A stretch of DNA of 64,000 nucleotides from Leptonemataceae bacterium (GCA_965227295.1 OZ245742.1:928001-992000); one strand, 5' to 3'. Positions 37,841-48,257 are shown, counted from the stretch's first letter. Numbers and translations are program-made. Notes: a model not told the origin generated them from the letters alone.

Positions 37841-38266
37841 TCAGCGACGCTTTTTGGGAAAGCATTCTTCGATCATGTAGTTCCATTCTTTGACGAAATT
37901 CTTGAGCATGCGCGTCGCCCACTCGGGTCCGAGGTGCGAACGCAACCGTTGCAACTCGTCTACGAGATCCGAATCCCGGTGAATGAATTCCAGACCGGCA
38001 CGATTTTCGCCGGCACTCTCAAACAGTACAAGGTTGTTTAGATCCAGGTCGTAGAACTCGGCGAGGGCATAGAGTGCATCGAGGGTCGGCCGGGTTCGAC
38101 CGAGTTCCATTTTCTCGTAGAGATTGCCGGAGCGCTCGTAGCCGGTCGCGTCGAATATAGCCTTCGCCAGTTCATCGGTGCTCAGACCTTTCTCTTTGCG
38201 CAAAGACCGAAGTCTGCGCCCGACTCGTTGCAGGTCCAACCCGGACACAGAGACATAAGCAGGCAC
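37841..38266 (-). CDS. XRE-family HTH transcriptional regulator
   Basis: VGRRLRSLRKEKGLSTDELA...KMELGRTRPTLDALYALAEFY. Confidence 0.85.
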   Translation of the reverse strand: MPAYVSVSGLDLQRVGRRLRSLRKEKGLSTDELAKAIFDATGYERSGNLYEKMELGRTRPTLDALYALAEFYDLDLNNLVLFESAGENRAGLEFIHRDSDLVDELQRLRSHLGPEWATRMLKNFVKEWNYMIEECFPKKRR

Positions 38267-38331
38267 CCGGACTTCTACGACAAGGTACCGCGCACGAAGC
38301 CTCAGAGAATTTTTAATAATTTATATAATTT

Positions 38332-38348
38332 TCTGAAGAATCTTCAGA
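38332..38348. promoter_or_regulatory. Perfect 8-1-8 palindrome in an AT-rich promoter region (candidate operator)
   Basis: TCTGAAGA-A-TCTTCAGA next to an AT tract containing TATAAT-like hexamers, upstream of the XRE gene. Confidence 0.5.
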
Positions 38349-38442
38349 GTTCCGGAGGGGGTGCTTAATGATATTACCGGACCGCGCAAAGAACGAGAGT
38401 GAGGCTCACATGTGCCGGCTCGCGCCCTCTGCGCGGCGTACA

Positions 38443-38649
38443 TCAACCCGACTTTCCGCGCGTGGAAAGGCGAAACGGAAAGTAGAGCGGACAGAATGAA
38501 ATCAAACTCGTCAGAAGAAAGATCACCGCAATGGCGCCCAGAATGACGGCGACGGTTCCGGAAATGACCCCGGTAAAGTACAAAACGCCGACAGCTACGG
38601 CCAGCAGCGCCCGCACCACGCGATCTACAGTACCCATATTCTTGTTCAT
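38443..38649 (-). CDS. DUF2892 (YgaP-like) small membrane protein
   Basis: MNKNMGTVDRVVR...FCPLYFPFRLST; GGAG RBS. Confidence 0.9.
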   Translation of the reverse strand: MNKNMGTVDRVVRALLAVAVGVLYFTGVISGTVAVILGAIAVIFLLTSLISFCPLYFPFRLSTRGKSG

Positions 38650-38753
38650 GGTAAAACTCCTGCGTGTTCGTAATATCGAAACACGGCCTTGAGGATAACA
38701 CACCGGGTCGAAGGCTTCTGTGATGTCGGTCACAGAGCCGAAAAAAAGTTCGA

Positions 38754-39440
38754 CTAACCGGCGTCCCCGCCGACCCGACGGAGAGCCTCCGCATCGACGA
38801 TGCGCACGGCATGCCGCGACAGCTCGACCAGGCCGCGATGCTCAAAGTCTTTGAGGATACGACTTACGACTTCCCGGGAGGCGCCGACGTCGGCCGCCAA
38901 CTGCTGATGTGTAAGATCCAGTACGTCACCCGTCGAAGATGCGCGGAGGTTTACCAGGCGAGCCGCCGTCCGCGCGTCCACCCGCGCAAAGGCCACACCG
39001 CTCACCGTTTCAATGACCGCCGCCAGACGTTGCGCAAAGATCGAAAAGACGTAATCGCGAAAGAAGTCGTGGGCGTGCATCCAGCGACGAAAGGCCGCGG
39101 CCGGCACCAGAATCAAATCCGCCCCGGCGCCTTCCACAACAGCAAAAGCCGGGAAGGCCCGCTCCGAGAGCAGACACGACGCGGTGAGCACGCAGCCCTC
39201 GCGTTCTTCAATGCGATACAACGTAATCTCACGGCCGGACTGTCCGCTCTTGTAGACTCGAACGCTGCCGCGTGCGACCAGGGGCATGAATTCGCAGGCG
39301 TCTTCTTCGAAGGCTAAAAACTCGCCGCCCGAAAACGACTTCACCAAAACGGCGCGCTCGAATTCCTTCCGAAACCCAGCCGGCAGGTCGCGACCGGGAA
39401 AGGCCGCACTCAGAAAAATGCGCACGGACTGCTGCACCAC
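38754..39440 (-). CDS. Crp/Fnr family regulator
   Basis: GSVRVYK...GREITLYRI..GCVLT; HTH THQQLAADVGASREVVSRILK. Confidence 0.9.
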   Translation of the reverse strand: MVQQSVRIFLSAAFPGRDLPAGFRKEFERAVLVKSFSGGEFLAFEEDACEFMPLVARGSVRVYKSGQSGREITLYRIEEREGCVLTASCLLSERAFPAFAVVEGAGADLILVPAAAFRRWMHAHDFFRDYVFSIFAQRLAAVIETVSGVAFARVDARTAARLVNLRASSTGDVLDLTHQQLAADVGASREVVSRILKDFEHRGLVELSRHAVRIVDAEALRRVGGDAG

Positions 39441-40106
39441 TCAGAGTTCCGGAAGTTTGTCAAACCAGCTCTCGATGACCTCATCGACGTCTTCCGCCTT
39501 CACATCCCGCACGTTCTTCGAGGCGCTACCAGACGCCAGCACGGCCCCGCTTTCTACGTCCGTAAGTTCGCCGGAGAACGTGATGTTCGCCTCCGGTCGG
39601 GGCACAATCAGAATCACCGGCATAACACAGGCCAGAATCAATGGATAGTCAAAGCCGTCCTTCTTGCGAATGGTCAGCTTGCCGGTGTAGACAGCCCGGG
39701 CATCCAGCAGGCGGCCGATCCTGGTCGGATCTTCGGTGAGACCGCTTTGCTGAAAGGCCTGTTCTTTGAGGACGGACTGAATCCGGCGACGCTGGATCGG
39801 CGCGAAACCTTTCTCAAGTAAGTTGCGATTGATCGAATTTACGAGGAACTCCTGAAAACGACCGCGCACATCTTCGCGCAGAACTTCGTTACCGGTAACC
39901 TGGTTCAGGGTGTCACTCATGTTCAACATGAGCGCATTCATAAACGAGTCCGACTCGGTCTGTGCGACGGCAACGTCCACCACGGCCACGACCCGGCGTT
40001 CCTTCAACAACGACGCCGAGCCGTACTTAACATTGGCCGTCGCCGCGGCGCATGCGAACGTAAACGCCAACAGCACGGCGCCGGTGATTCCTCGAAGTAT
40101 ATTCAC
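39441..40106 (-). CDS. CsgG/HfaB-like lipoprotein
   Basis: Lipobox FTFAC; RIQSVLKEQAFQQSGL..RIGRLLDA; DVESGAVLASG. Confidence 0.65.
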   Translation of the reverse strand: MNILRGITGAVLLAFTFACAAATANVKYGSASLLKERRVVAVVDVAVAQTESDSFMNALMLNMSDTLNQVTGNEVLREDVRGRFQEFLVNSINRNLLEKGFAPIQRRRIQSVLKEQAFQQSGLTEDPTRIGRLLDARAVYTGKLTIRKKDGFDYPLILACVMPVILIVPRPEANITFSGELTDVESGAVLASGSASKNVRDVKAEDVDEVIESWFDKLPEL

Positions 40107-41413
40107 AGTTTGTCCTCGCTCTGAAAGCGCACCGCCACCGAATGGCCGTGCTCCTGATCGAAACCTTCGTGCGCGCTCATCAGTAAGATCGGATTAAGGG
40201 AAGTTTGCAGACTTTCTTTTGTGGGATACTGATACGTGATACGTTTCATGTAGGTTTCCACGCCCAGGCCGGAGTAAGCGCGCGCCGCGCCGCCGGTGGG
40301 CAGGACGTGATTCGTGCCGCTGTAGTAGTCGCCCAAAGCCACCGGGGCGTAGTGACCGAGAAAGACGCTGCCGGCGCTCGTGATCTTCTTCAGATCCTTT
40401 TCCGGGTCTTTCGTGCAGATCTCCAAATGCTCCGGCCCCCATTCATTCGAAAAACCGAAGGCATCTTCCAGGTCCTCGAAGACCACGGCGAAAGAATGAT
40501 CGCGGATGCTTTCTTCTTTCATGGCGCGGCGCTTCGGTCGCTCGTCCATGCCGCGTTCAATGGCCCGGCCCACTTCTTCCGCGAAGGCAAAGCTGTTCGT
40601 GAGCAGCACCGCCGGCGAGTCTTCGCCGTGCTCGGCCTGGCTCAAAAGATCCGCCGCGGCGAACTCGGCGTTCGCCGTTTCGTCGGCAATGACGATGACC
40701 TCCGACGGGCCGGCCGGCATGTCCATGCGAATCAAACCGCGCATGGTTAAGAGTGATTTGGCCGCCATGACGTAGCGATTGCCCGGGCCGGCAATGACCT
40801 GCACGCGTTCGCCCCCGAGACCGAAGGCGGCTGCCGCCACGCCCTGGGCCCCGCCGGACTTGAGCACACGTTCGCAACCGACCAATCTTGCGCAGAAAAG
40901 TACGGCCGGATCCACCGAGCCCTCCTCGTCAGGCGGCGTAATGACCAGTACATGTTGTACACCCGCCGCGAAAGCCGGGATCAAGCCCATGAGTACCGAG
41001 GACGGATACGAGGCCTTGCCGCCGGGAACATAAATGGCCGCGCCGTCCACCGGAACGTAGCGAAACCCCAGGCGCGCGCCGGCGACCGTCGTCTCGTGAT
41101 CGGCCAGGGCCCGGCGCTGGGCATCGTGAAAGGCCTGGATGTTCTTCGCCGCGGCGCGAAAGGCGTCTTTGAGTTCGGGAGAGAGTTTCGCTTCCGCGGC
41201 GGCGAATTCCCGCGGCTGCGCGAACAGATTGTCTAACTTTACCCCATCGAACTTTAGCGTGTATTCCCGGACCGCCGCCTCGCCTTCCTGTTCCACGCGC
41301 CGCACGATCTCCTCGACGACCTGCGGGGCCTGCTGGTCCTCGGAGGCCGCGCGCAGCATGAGCTTCGCCCGGTCCTCCGTGCTCAACTCGTTGGCTCGAT
41401 AAATCCGCAGCAT
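40103..41413 (-). CDS. hisD: Histidinol dehydrogenase
   Basis: YVPGGKASYPSSVLM, GPGNRYV, DMPAGPSEV, SQAEHG, PEHLEI, GDYYSGTNHVLPT. Confidence 0.97.
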   Translation of the reverse strand: MLRIYRANELSTEDRAKLMLRAASEDQQAPQVVEEIVRRVEQEGEAAVREYTLKFDGVKLDNLFAQPREFAAAEAKLSPELKDAFRAAAKNIQAFHDAQRRALADHETTVAGARLGFRYVPVDGAAIYVPGGKASYPSSVLMGLIPAFAAGVQHVLVITPPDEEGSVDPAVLFCARLVGCERVLKSGGAQGVAAAAFGLGGERVQVIAGPGNRYVMAAKSLLTMRGLIRMDMPAGPSEVIVIADETANAEFAAADLLSQAEHGEDSPAVLLTNSFAFAEEVGRAIERGMDERPKRRAMKEESIRDHSFAVVFEDLEDAFGFSNEWGPEHLEICTKDPEKDLKKITSAGSVFLGHYAPVALGDYYSGTNHVLPTGGAARAYSGLGVETYMKRITYQYPTKESLQTSLNPILLMSAHEGFDQEHGHSVAVRFQSEDKL

Positions 41414-41414
41414 G

Positions 41415-41837
41415 TTACGATTCCCCCTGCACCGTCACGACCACGCGCCGCGCTCCGCCGTGGTCCCGGTGCTCGCAAAGATAGATTCCCTGCCACGTTC
41501 CCAGATTCAAACGCCCCGAGCTTACCGGAATGCTCAGCGCCGGCCCGATCAAGACGGCCTTGATGTGCGCCGGCATGTCGTCCGGGCCCTCGGTGGTGTG
41601 GCGATAGTAGGGCTCGTTCTCGGGAACGTGATGATTGAGATAGGACTCGATGTCCGTGCGCACATCCGGATCGGCGTTCTCGTTAATGGCCAATGAGGCC
41701 GACGTGTGCTGAATAAAAAGATGGCAGAGGCCCCGGCGCACTTCACGAAGTTGCGGGAGAGCCTGGAGGACTTCATTGGTTACCAGGTGAACGCCCCGGC
41801 CGCGCGGCCGGAGCTGGATGGTTTCCTGGAACCACAT
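41415..41837 (-). CDS. yjbQ: YjbQ/UPF0047 family protein
   Basis: HTSASLAINENADPDV, EGPDDMPAHIK, LGTWQGIYLCEH. Confidence 0.93.
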   Translation of the reverse strand: MWFQETIQLRPRGRGVHLVTNEVLQALPQLREVRRGLCHLFIQHTSASLAINENADPDVRTDIESYLNHHVPENEPYYRHTTEGPDDMPAHIKAVLIGPALSIPVSSGRLNLGTWQGIYLCEHRDHGGARRVVVTVQGES

Positions 41838-41853
41838 AATGGTAAGAAAACTG

Positions 41854-41926
<73 letters not shown>

Positions 41927-41950
41927 GATAAAATCAATACGGTTGGATGA

Positions 41951-42226
41951 TCAGGCCGCGGCTTTTTTTGCTTTGTTCAGCAACAGCGCCAGACGGCTCT
42001 TCTTGCGAGCGGCGTTGCGGGGATGCACCAGGTGCGTGCGGCCCGCCCGGTCCAGGAAGCGCTCGTAAACGCGGGCAATCTTTTCCGCTTCTTCGAGCTT
42101 GCCTTCTTCGACCAGCTTGTAGACCTTTTTGTGGAAGGTCCGCAGGCGGGCACGTTGCTGGCCGTTCTGCTCGTTGCGCCTCTTGATGCGCCGGATGTCT
42201 TTCTTTGATGCTTTTAGGTTCGCCAC
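41951..42226 (-). CDS. rpsT: 30S ribosomal protein S20
   Basis: MANLKASKKDIRR...N...LRT...HPRNAARKKSRL. Confidence 0.95.
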   Translation of the reverse strand: MANLKASKKDIRRIKRRNEQNGQQRARLRTFHKKVYKLVEEGKLEEAEKIARVYERFLDRAGRTHLVHPRNAARKKSRLALLLNKAKKAAA

Positions 42227-42449
42227 TGTGTTCGCCGAAATTACGCCGGTCGCACGCTCCCGAAAGATTGTCCGGACCGACTTTTTGAAAGGACAGGAAT
42301 TTCCACCTGCCGTCGTGCGTCAAGCGGAACCCCGGTGGAATCCGCCTGGACAGCGTATCTTTTTTTGGGAAAAAATATTCACAAACAGGCCGGGGGATTA
42401 TGTCGAACGTGATTCCCTGTCGCCGACGATGAACTGAATAGACCCATGT

Positions 42450-43703
42450 ATGGGCACGCGAGAAACAATGATCGATAGAGCCTGGCAAATCACCAACGCC
42501 ACGATCGTCTCCGGGGACCCGGCCGACGAAGTCCGGCGGACCTCCGGCCTGCGCGTTCAGGGACGGCACATTGAGGCGGTCATGGACGCCGGGGAAGAGC
42601 TGGATGACCTGCTCACCCTCAATCTACACGGCCTGGCCGTATTTCCCGGCCTCATCAACAGCCACGATTCCCTGCTGGCGACATATCACGCTTACACTCC
42701 CGAGGACCGCCCCTGTCTCAACTGGCTCGCCTTCGACAACCAGCTCAAGGCCTCGGCTCTCTTCAAGGAACGCATGCTCCTCGGATCGGCCGATCTGTAC
42801 CTGCTGGGGGCCTACCGAAACCTGGTGGCCGGAACCACGGCTGTCGTGGACCACATTCCCCACTTCGTCCGTCGCCCGCTGACCGAGCAGACTCCCATCG
42901 CCCTGCTCGACGACTTCGGCATCTCGCATTCCATTTGCTCGTACTCGCTGGGCTGGGGCGACGGGGCGCGGCGCGAGTACGAACGCGCTGCGGAAAATGA
43001 TCTGCCCTACATCGTACACATCGCGGAGGGATTCGATGCCGAAAGCGCCGGCTCCCTGGCACAGTTGGACGCCGAAGGCGGGCTCGGCGAACACACCGTC
43101 CTGGTCCACGGCCTGGCCCTGTCGGATCAGGACCTGAACCGCATCGCGGAGGTCGGGGCCAGCCTGGTATGGTGTCCGGTCAGCAATCTTAAAATCTACG
43201 ACCGGACCATGCCGGTGCGGAAGGCCCTGGAACGGGGCATCAACGTCTGTCTCGGCTCGGACGCCGCCATGTACGGTTCGGCGAATTTGCTGGCGGACCT
43301 GGCCGCGGCGGCGCAGCACCTGGAGCAACACGGCGGCTTTGACGGCGCTCAGTTGAGCGCGATGGTCAGCACCAACCCGGCCCGGGCCTTTCGCTGGAAG
43401 GATCGCGGCCACCTCCGGCAGGGCGGCCTGGCGGATTTTTTCGTACTGCGTGGAAAGGATCCGGTCGACCCGCATCGCTCCCTGACCCACGCGGAACTGA
43501 GTGAGGTCTATCTCGTGGTCCGAAACGGCCGGCCCGTTTACGGCGACGAATCCCTCGAAAAAGTATTCACGGAAGCCGGGGTGATTTTTGATCGTCTGAG
43601 CATAGGCGGTCAGTCGAAAATCATGGAAGCGGGCCTCAAAAAACTGCTGGAAAGCATTCGCTCCGTTACAGGAAGATCAGACGACTTCCATTTTTTCACG
43701 TAG
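42450..43703 (+). CDS. Amidohydrolase superfamily protein (deaminase-like); start may be Met 42468
   Basis: PGLINSHD, HIAEG, VLVHG, WCPVSN, LGSD, NPARA, GGLADF. Confidence 0.85.
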   Translation: MGTRETMIDRAWQITNATIVSGDPADEVRRTSGLRVQGRHIEAVMDAGEELDDLLTLNLHGLAVFPGLINSHDSLLATYHAYTPEDRPCLNWLAFDNQLKASALFKERMLLGSADLYLLGAYRNLVAGTTAVVDHIPHFVRRPLTEQTPIALLDDFGISHSICSYSLGWGDGARREYERAAENDLPYIVHIAEGFDAESAGSLAQLDAEGGLGEHTVLVHGLALSDQDLNRIAEVGASLVWCPVSNLKIYDRTMPVRKALERGINVCLGSDAAMYGSANLLADLAAAAQHLEQHGGFDGAQLSAMVSTNPARAFRWKDRGHLRQGGLADFFVLRGKDPVDPHRSLTHAELSEVYLVVRNGRPVYGDESLEKVFTEAGVIFDRLSIGGQSKIMEAGLKKLLESIRSVTGRSDDFHFFT

Positions 43704-43726
43704 GTCACGGTGAATCAGGTCTAGAG

Positions 43727-44824
43727 ATGCCCATCGCACGCAATTACACCGGCGGTTCCATTGTCTATTTTCAGGGTGATACCGGGAACGAGGTCTACGT
43801 CCTTCAGAAGGGGCGGGTGGCCCTCATTTCCACCGCGCCGGAGTCCGGCGAGGAAATCAAAGAAGAAGTAAAGCTGGGCGAGTTCTTCGGCGTGAAGTCC
43901 AGCGTCGGCGGCTATCCGCGCGAAGAGACCGCCCAGGTCCTCGGTAAAACCACCGTCATCGTCTTTAAGTCCGAGGAGTTCGAGCAGTACTGCCTCAAGA
44001 ACACGCGTCTGATCATGACGATGCTAAGAGTCTTTTCCCGGCAGTTACGGGACGTGCACCGCGCGGTGCGGGAAATCCTGAAGGCCGACGAGGCCCGCAA
44101 CACCGCCGCCGAACTGCTGAATACTGCTGAGTCTTTTTATCGCAACGGCAACATCGATCATGCGATCTACGCCTTCGGAAAGTACCTCGAGTACAATCCC
44201 AACGGCCGCAACGTTTCCCGCGCCGAGGAACTACTGCAAATGGCAAAGAAGGGCATGACGTATCCGCCGACGTACCCTCCGCCGCAACCGGAGGCCGAGT
44301 CCCATGATGACGGCACCGAAGAGGCGGCCCGCAAGTCCAACGTAAACCGCGGGCTCATGAACGCTAATTCCGCCCTGGACGATCCCTTCGCGCTGAACGT
44401 CGATGACGGTCCGGCTCCGACGAAAAAATCCGAGCGCCGCATTACCCACGCCTTCGAAGAGGGTCTGAAGTTCGCCGAGGAAAAAGAGTACGAAAAGGCC
44501 GTCCGCTCCTTCGAAGAAGCGCTGCAATTCTCCAACCTGAAGAACGACGCCGAACAGGCCGCCTTCGCTCAGGCCCACTACGAGCTGGGGCATGCCCAGT
44601 TGTTGGGCGGCCACGTCGAAGAGGCCGGTAACTCATTTTCGAATTACATTAAGAAGTTCCCCACGGGTGAGCACGTCAAGGACTCGATCTATCAACTCGG
44701 CGTCGCCGCCGAAGCCCAGGGCAACATGGATCGCGCGAAAACGCTGTATCACAAGGTCGCCACCATGCCGCCGCCGGACGACGTCACCCAGTCCGCCCGT
44801 AAACGTCTGGAGCAACTCGGATGA
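43727..44824 (+). CDS. Cyclic-nucleotide-binding domain + TPR protein
   Basis: [24 protein letters not shown]...PREETA; TPR helices ([16 protein letters not shown]). Confidence 0.85.
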   Translation: MPIARNYTGGSIVYFQGDTGNEVYVLQKGRVALISTAPESGEEIKEEVKLGEFFGVKSSVGGYPREETAQVLGKTTVIVFKSEEFEQYCLKNTRLIMTMLRVFSRQLRDVHRAVREILKADEARNTAAELLNTAESFYRNGNIDHAIYAFGKYLEYNPNGRNVSRAEELLQMAKKGMTYPPTYPPPQPEAESHDDGTEEAARKSNVNRGLMNANSALDDPFALNVDDGPAPTKKSERRITHAFEEGLKFAEEKEYEKAVRSFEEALQFSNLKNDAEQAAFAQAHYELGHAQLLGGHVEEAGNSFSNYIKKFPTGEHVKDSIYQLGVAAEAQGNMDRAKTLYHKVATMPPPDDVTQSARKRLEQLG

Positions 44825-45468
44825 CGATGCTGCTGCCGGAATCCCTCTTCGATAAGTTCGGAATCACCTTTGAACCCGGACAACTCGTGTTCTGTGAGTA
44901 CGAGCCGGGCAACGAGTGCTTTTTCATCCAGGAAGGGCGCGTCAAGATCACGAAGACCGTGGGCAACTCGCAGAAGACTCTGGACGTCCTCGAACAGGGC
45001 GACTTCTTCGGTGAGATGGCCATCCTGGAAGAGGAACCGCGCAGTGCGTCCGCCGTCGCCATCGATACCGTCCGGGCGCTGAAGTTCAACCGCGCGAACT
45101 TCGACTCGCTCATGAACGGCCAGCCGCAACTGGCCTACCGCCTGCTCGTAATCTTCGCGAACCGCATCAACGATGCGAAGCGACGCCTGCAAATCTTGCT
45201 GCTGGACGATAACCAGGCCAAGATCGCGGACGTCTTCGTCATGCTTTCTGAAAAACATCCGGAGCACGGTCACTCCACGAAGATAGTGCTCAACGTCACG
45301 GTGGACGACGTGGCCGCGTGGTGCGGTCTGCCGGCCCCGGAAGTGCAGCGCGTCGTCAGCGGCTTTGTGAAACAGGGCAAGCTGGAACTCTTCGCGGACC
45401 GCATCGTCATTAACAATATCAACGACTTCTCCCGCGTCGTGGCTTCGAAGCGCAAAAACCTGTTGTAA
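44821..45468 (+). CDS. Crp/Fnr-like cNMP-binding regulator
   Basis: [17 protein letters not shown] phosphate-binding cassette; C-terminal HTH-like region. Confidence 0.88.
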   Translation: MTMLLPESLFDKFGITFEPGQLVFCEYEPGNECFFIQEGRVKITKTVGNSQKTLDVLEQGDFFGEMAILEEEPRSASAVAIDTVRALKFNRANFDSLMNGQPQLAYRLLVIFANRINDAKRRLQILLLDDNQAKIADVFVMLSEKHPEHGHSTKIVLNVTVDDVAAWCGLPAPEVQRVVSGFVKQGKLELFADRIVINNINDFSRVVASKRKNLL

Positions 45469-45483
45469 TCTCCGCGCGCGGCG

Positions 45484-47082
45484 ATGCCATTGCATATGGC
45501 GCTGCGAAATGTATTAATTTCACTTCTGTTTATCTTAGTGAGTGTTCCCGTGTTTGCCGGGCCCCAGGACGGTCTGCCGGAACCGGGCGAGGAATGGGAC
45601 CGCTCCACCCCGCGCCGTTCGTTGCGACACTTCCTCGATACCTGTCGGGACAACCGCTACGATCAGGCCGCGTACCTCCTGGATCTGCGCAGCATTCCGT
45701 CCGAACAGCAGGCTCGGGTGGGCCCGGTGCTCGCCCGCAAGCTCAAGTTCGTTCTGGATCAAACCTACTGGTTCGACTACGAAGTAATCTCCGACGAAGA
45801 AAGCGGCGACGTCGAAGACAACTTGCCGAACGTCGATCGCATTGCCGAGGTTCCGTACGGACGCAGTGCCATCCCCATCACCATGACCCGGGTCCGCCTG
45901 GACGACGGTTCGCGAGCCTGGCTCATTTCGTCGACAGTCATCCAGCGCGTGCCGGACATGTATCGCGTGTACGGCGCCGAGTGGGTCATTCGCTACGTGC
46001 CGCCGGCCTTCGCCGAGATTCGCATCTGGGAAATGTATCTGTGGCAATGGATCAGTCTCGGCACGGCGCTGCTGACGGCCCTCATCGCCGGCTGGCTCAT
46101 CTCGTTTCCGGCGATCTGGCTGATCACATTCATCGCCCGGCGCACGGACTTTCAGTGGGATGATCTTTTGATTCACGCCATTCGGCGGCCGGTGTGGTTC
46201 CTCATCGCCGCGCTGATCGTCAACGGTCTCATCAACTATCTCAAGTTCGCGAAGCCGGCCCAGGAGACGGCGGACGGCTTCGTCGGTTCGTCCCTGATTC
46301 TTATCGTCGCCTGGACCATCTCACGCTTCATCAACATTCTCTCGCGCACGTTGCAAACGCGCTTGCAGGAAGGCGACACGAGCCTGCAGGCCCGCGGCAT
46401 GCGCACGCAGGTGATCGTACTGCGCCGGGTCATCAACATCATCGTGTTCATCATCGCCGGCGCGTTGATTCTCACGCAGTTCGAGATTCTGCGCCGGGTG
46501 GGCATGTCGCTGCTGGCCTCGGCCGGGGTCGCGGGGGTTGTCATCGGTCTCGCCGCGCAAAAGACGATCGGCAACGTGCTTGCGGGCATTCAACTGGCGA
46601 TTACGCAACCCATTCGCATCGGCGACACGGTGATCATCGAAGGCGAGTGGGGATTCATCGAAGAGATCAACTTAACATACATAGTAGTTAAGATATGGGA
46701 CTTGCGGCGCCTGGTCGTGCCGGTCCCGCACTTTCTCGACCGGCCGTTTCAGAACTGGACCAAGGTCAGCCCGGATCTGCTCGGCACGATCTACTTCTAC
46801 GCGGATTACTCGACGCCCGTGGAGAAAGTCCGCGAGGAACTGGAGCGTTTCGTGAAAGGCCGCGACGACTGGGACGGCAATGTGGCCGGTGTCGTGGTTA
46901 CGAACGTTACCGAAAACACAGTGGAGATTCGCGCGCTCATTTCAGCGAAGGACGCCACGGACCAGTGGAACCTGCGCTGTGCGGTGCGCGAACACCTGGT
47001 CGGTTTTCTGCGTGATCTCGAAGGCGGCAAGTATCTGCCGAAGCAGCGCATCGTGGGTTCGCTGGAACAGCAGAAGATGTGA
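45484..47082 (+). CDS. mscS: Mechanosensitive channel, MscS family, with periplasmic N-domain
   Basis: LLASAGVAGVVIGLAAQKTIGNVLAG, PIRIGD, G.IEEINLTY, NWT. Confidence 0.9.
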   Translation: MPLHMALRNVLISLLFILVSVPVFAGPQDGLPEPGEEWDRSTPRRSLRHFLDTCRDNRYDQAAYLLDLRSIPSEQQARVGPVLARKLKFVLDQTYWFDYEVISDEESGDVEDNLPNVDRIAEVPYGRSAIPITMTRVRLDDGSRAWLISSTVIQRVPDMYRVYGAEWVIRYVPPAFAEIRIWEMYLWQWISLGTALLTALIAGWLISFPAIWLITFIARRTDFQWDDLLIHAIRRPVWFLIAALIVNGLINYLKFAKPAQETADGFVGSSLILIVAWTISRFINILSRTLQTRLQEGDTSLQARGMRTQVIVLRRVINIIVFIIAGALILTQFEILRRVGMSLLASAGVAGVVIGLAAQKTIGNVLAGIQLAITQPIRIGDTVIIEGEWGFIEEINLTYIVVKIWDLRRLVVPVPHFLDRPFQNWTKVSPDLLGTIYFYADYSTPVEKVREELERFVKGRDDWDGNVAGVVVTNVTENTVEIRALISAKDATDQWNLRCAVREHLVGFLRDLEGGKYLPKQRIVGSLEQQKM

Positions 47083-47096
47083 GCGAGGCGACGAGC

Positions 47097-48257
47097 TTAC
47101 TTCAGGCGATCCAGGGGTGTATTCGCTTTCAGCACGCCCTTGAGATCGTCCCAGGTTAAGAGTAGATCAATTCCACCTAAGACGTACGGTCCGACCTCGT
47201 AGGGATTGTAGACGAACGTAATGCCTCGCCGGTCCACAAAAAAGTTGTCCGGCACCGGCAGGCGATCCACCAGTAGACCGTACTCTTCCATGGATTTACC
47301 CGCCTCGTACTTCGCGCCCTCTCCGTATTTTTTTACGAAGACCCGTTCGAGGATCGGCGGTAGTTTTGTTTTGTAGCCGTCGCGGAAAAGATCGGCCAGG
47401 CCGAGTTCCTTGCCGTTCGTCAGGTCGAAGACGTAGTAGGCCGAACCGTAGTTGCCGTGGGCCCCGCCGGAAAACGAGTAAGTGAAGTGCTCCACCGAAA
47501 CCAGGTCCCGATCGTTGAAGCGCACGGACGCGCCGTGATCCTGGCTCCAGGAAAAATACGGAGCGTCGTCGCCTGCTTTCCAATCGGGCAGGACGTTCTC
47601 ACGATACTCGGCGGCGAACTCCGCGGCGAGGTTGTCCAGCGCCAGAGTCGTGGACTTCTTCGGATCGAATGATTCGCCGAAGAAAGCGCGCCCTAATATC
47701 TTGCGAATGGAAGCTACGACCGGTGTTTCCTTTGCCCCGGGCGGACGGGGCGCGAGGTACAGGGCCCGGAACTCGCCCTCGGGAGACTTGTTGCTTTGTT
47801 TGCTCAGCTTGATGCTCCGCGTCAGCGGATGCGCCTCGAAGGCCAGGCTGCGGCTGTAGTCTTCTTTCATCGTGAACGGAAGATCTTTCTTCGGCTTCGC
47901 AGATTTCCAACGCCCTTCGATCACAAGCTGCTTGCCATCAGCGGGCCAGTCGGCTTCGAAGACGTTCTGCAAGCCGCCCTCTCCGTTCTCGGTCATGCGC
48001 AGCTTTCCGTCTTTCACGCTCACCGTGAGTTCTATGGGCGCGCCGATTTTTTCGTAATAGTAACTCGCCTGAACCGGATCGCCGCCGACGTTGCTTGTCC
48101 GGCTCAGAAGATCGAGTCGGAACTCATGTTTACCGTCGATCTTTCCGGAAAAATGGGCGTAGAACGGCTGCTCAGGAAATTTCGACTTTTTCTCGGAGGA
48201 CAAGCCGGTGAACGCGAGGCCGAGAATGAGGGCAATAAGCAGGGATCGTTTCATCAT
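47097..48257 (-). CDS. Secreted DUF3298/DUF4163 (RsiV/PdaC-like) protein
   Basis: Signal peptide; YSFSGGAHGNY, FDLTNGKEL.LADLF, NFF...ITFVYNPYEVGPY. Confidence 0.85.
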   Translation of the reverse strand: MMKRSLLIALILGLAFTGLSSEKKSKFPEQPFYAHFSGKIDGKHEFRLDLLSRTSNVGGDPVQASYYYEKIGAPIELTVSVKDGKLRMTENGEGGLQNVFEADWPADGKQLVIEGRWKSAKPKKDLPFTMKEDYSRSLAFEAHPLTRSIKLSKQSNKSPEGEFRALYLAPRPPGAKETPVVASIRKILGRAFFGESFDPKKSTTLALDNLAAEFAAEYRENVLPDWKAGDDAPYFSWSQDHGASVRFNDRDLVSVEHFTYSFSGGAHGNYGSAYYVFDLTNGKELGLADLFRDGYKTKLPPILERVFVKKYGEGAKYEAGKSMEEYGLLVDRLPVPDNFFVDRRGITFVYNPYEVGPYVLGGIDLLLTWDDLKGVLKANTPLDRLK

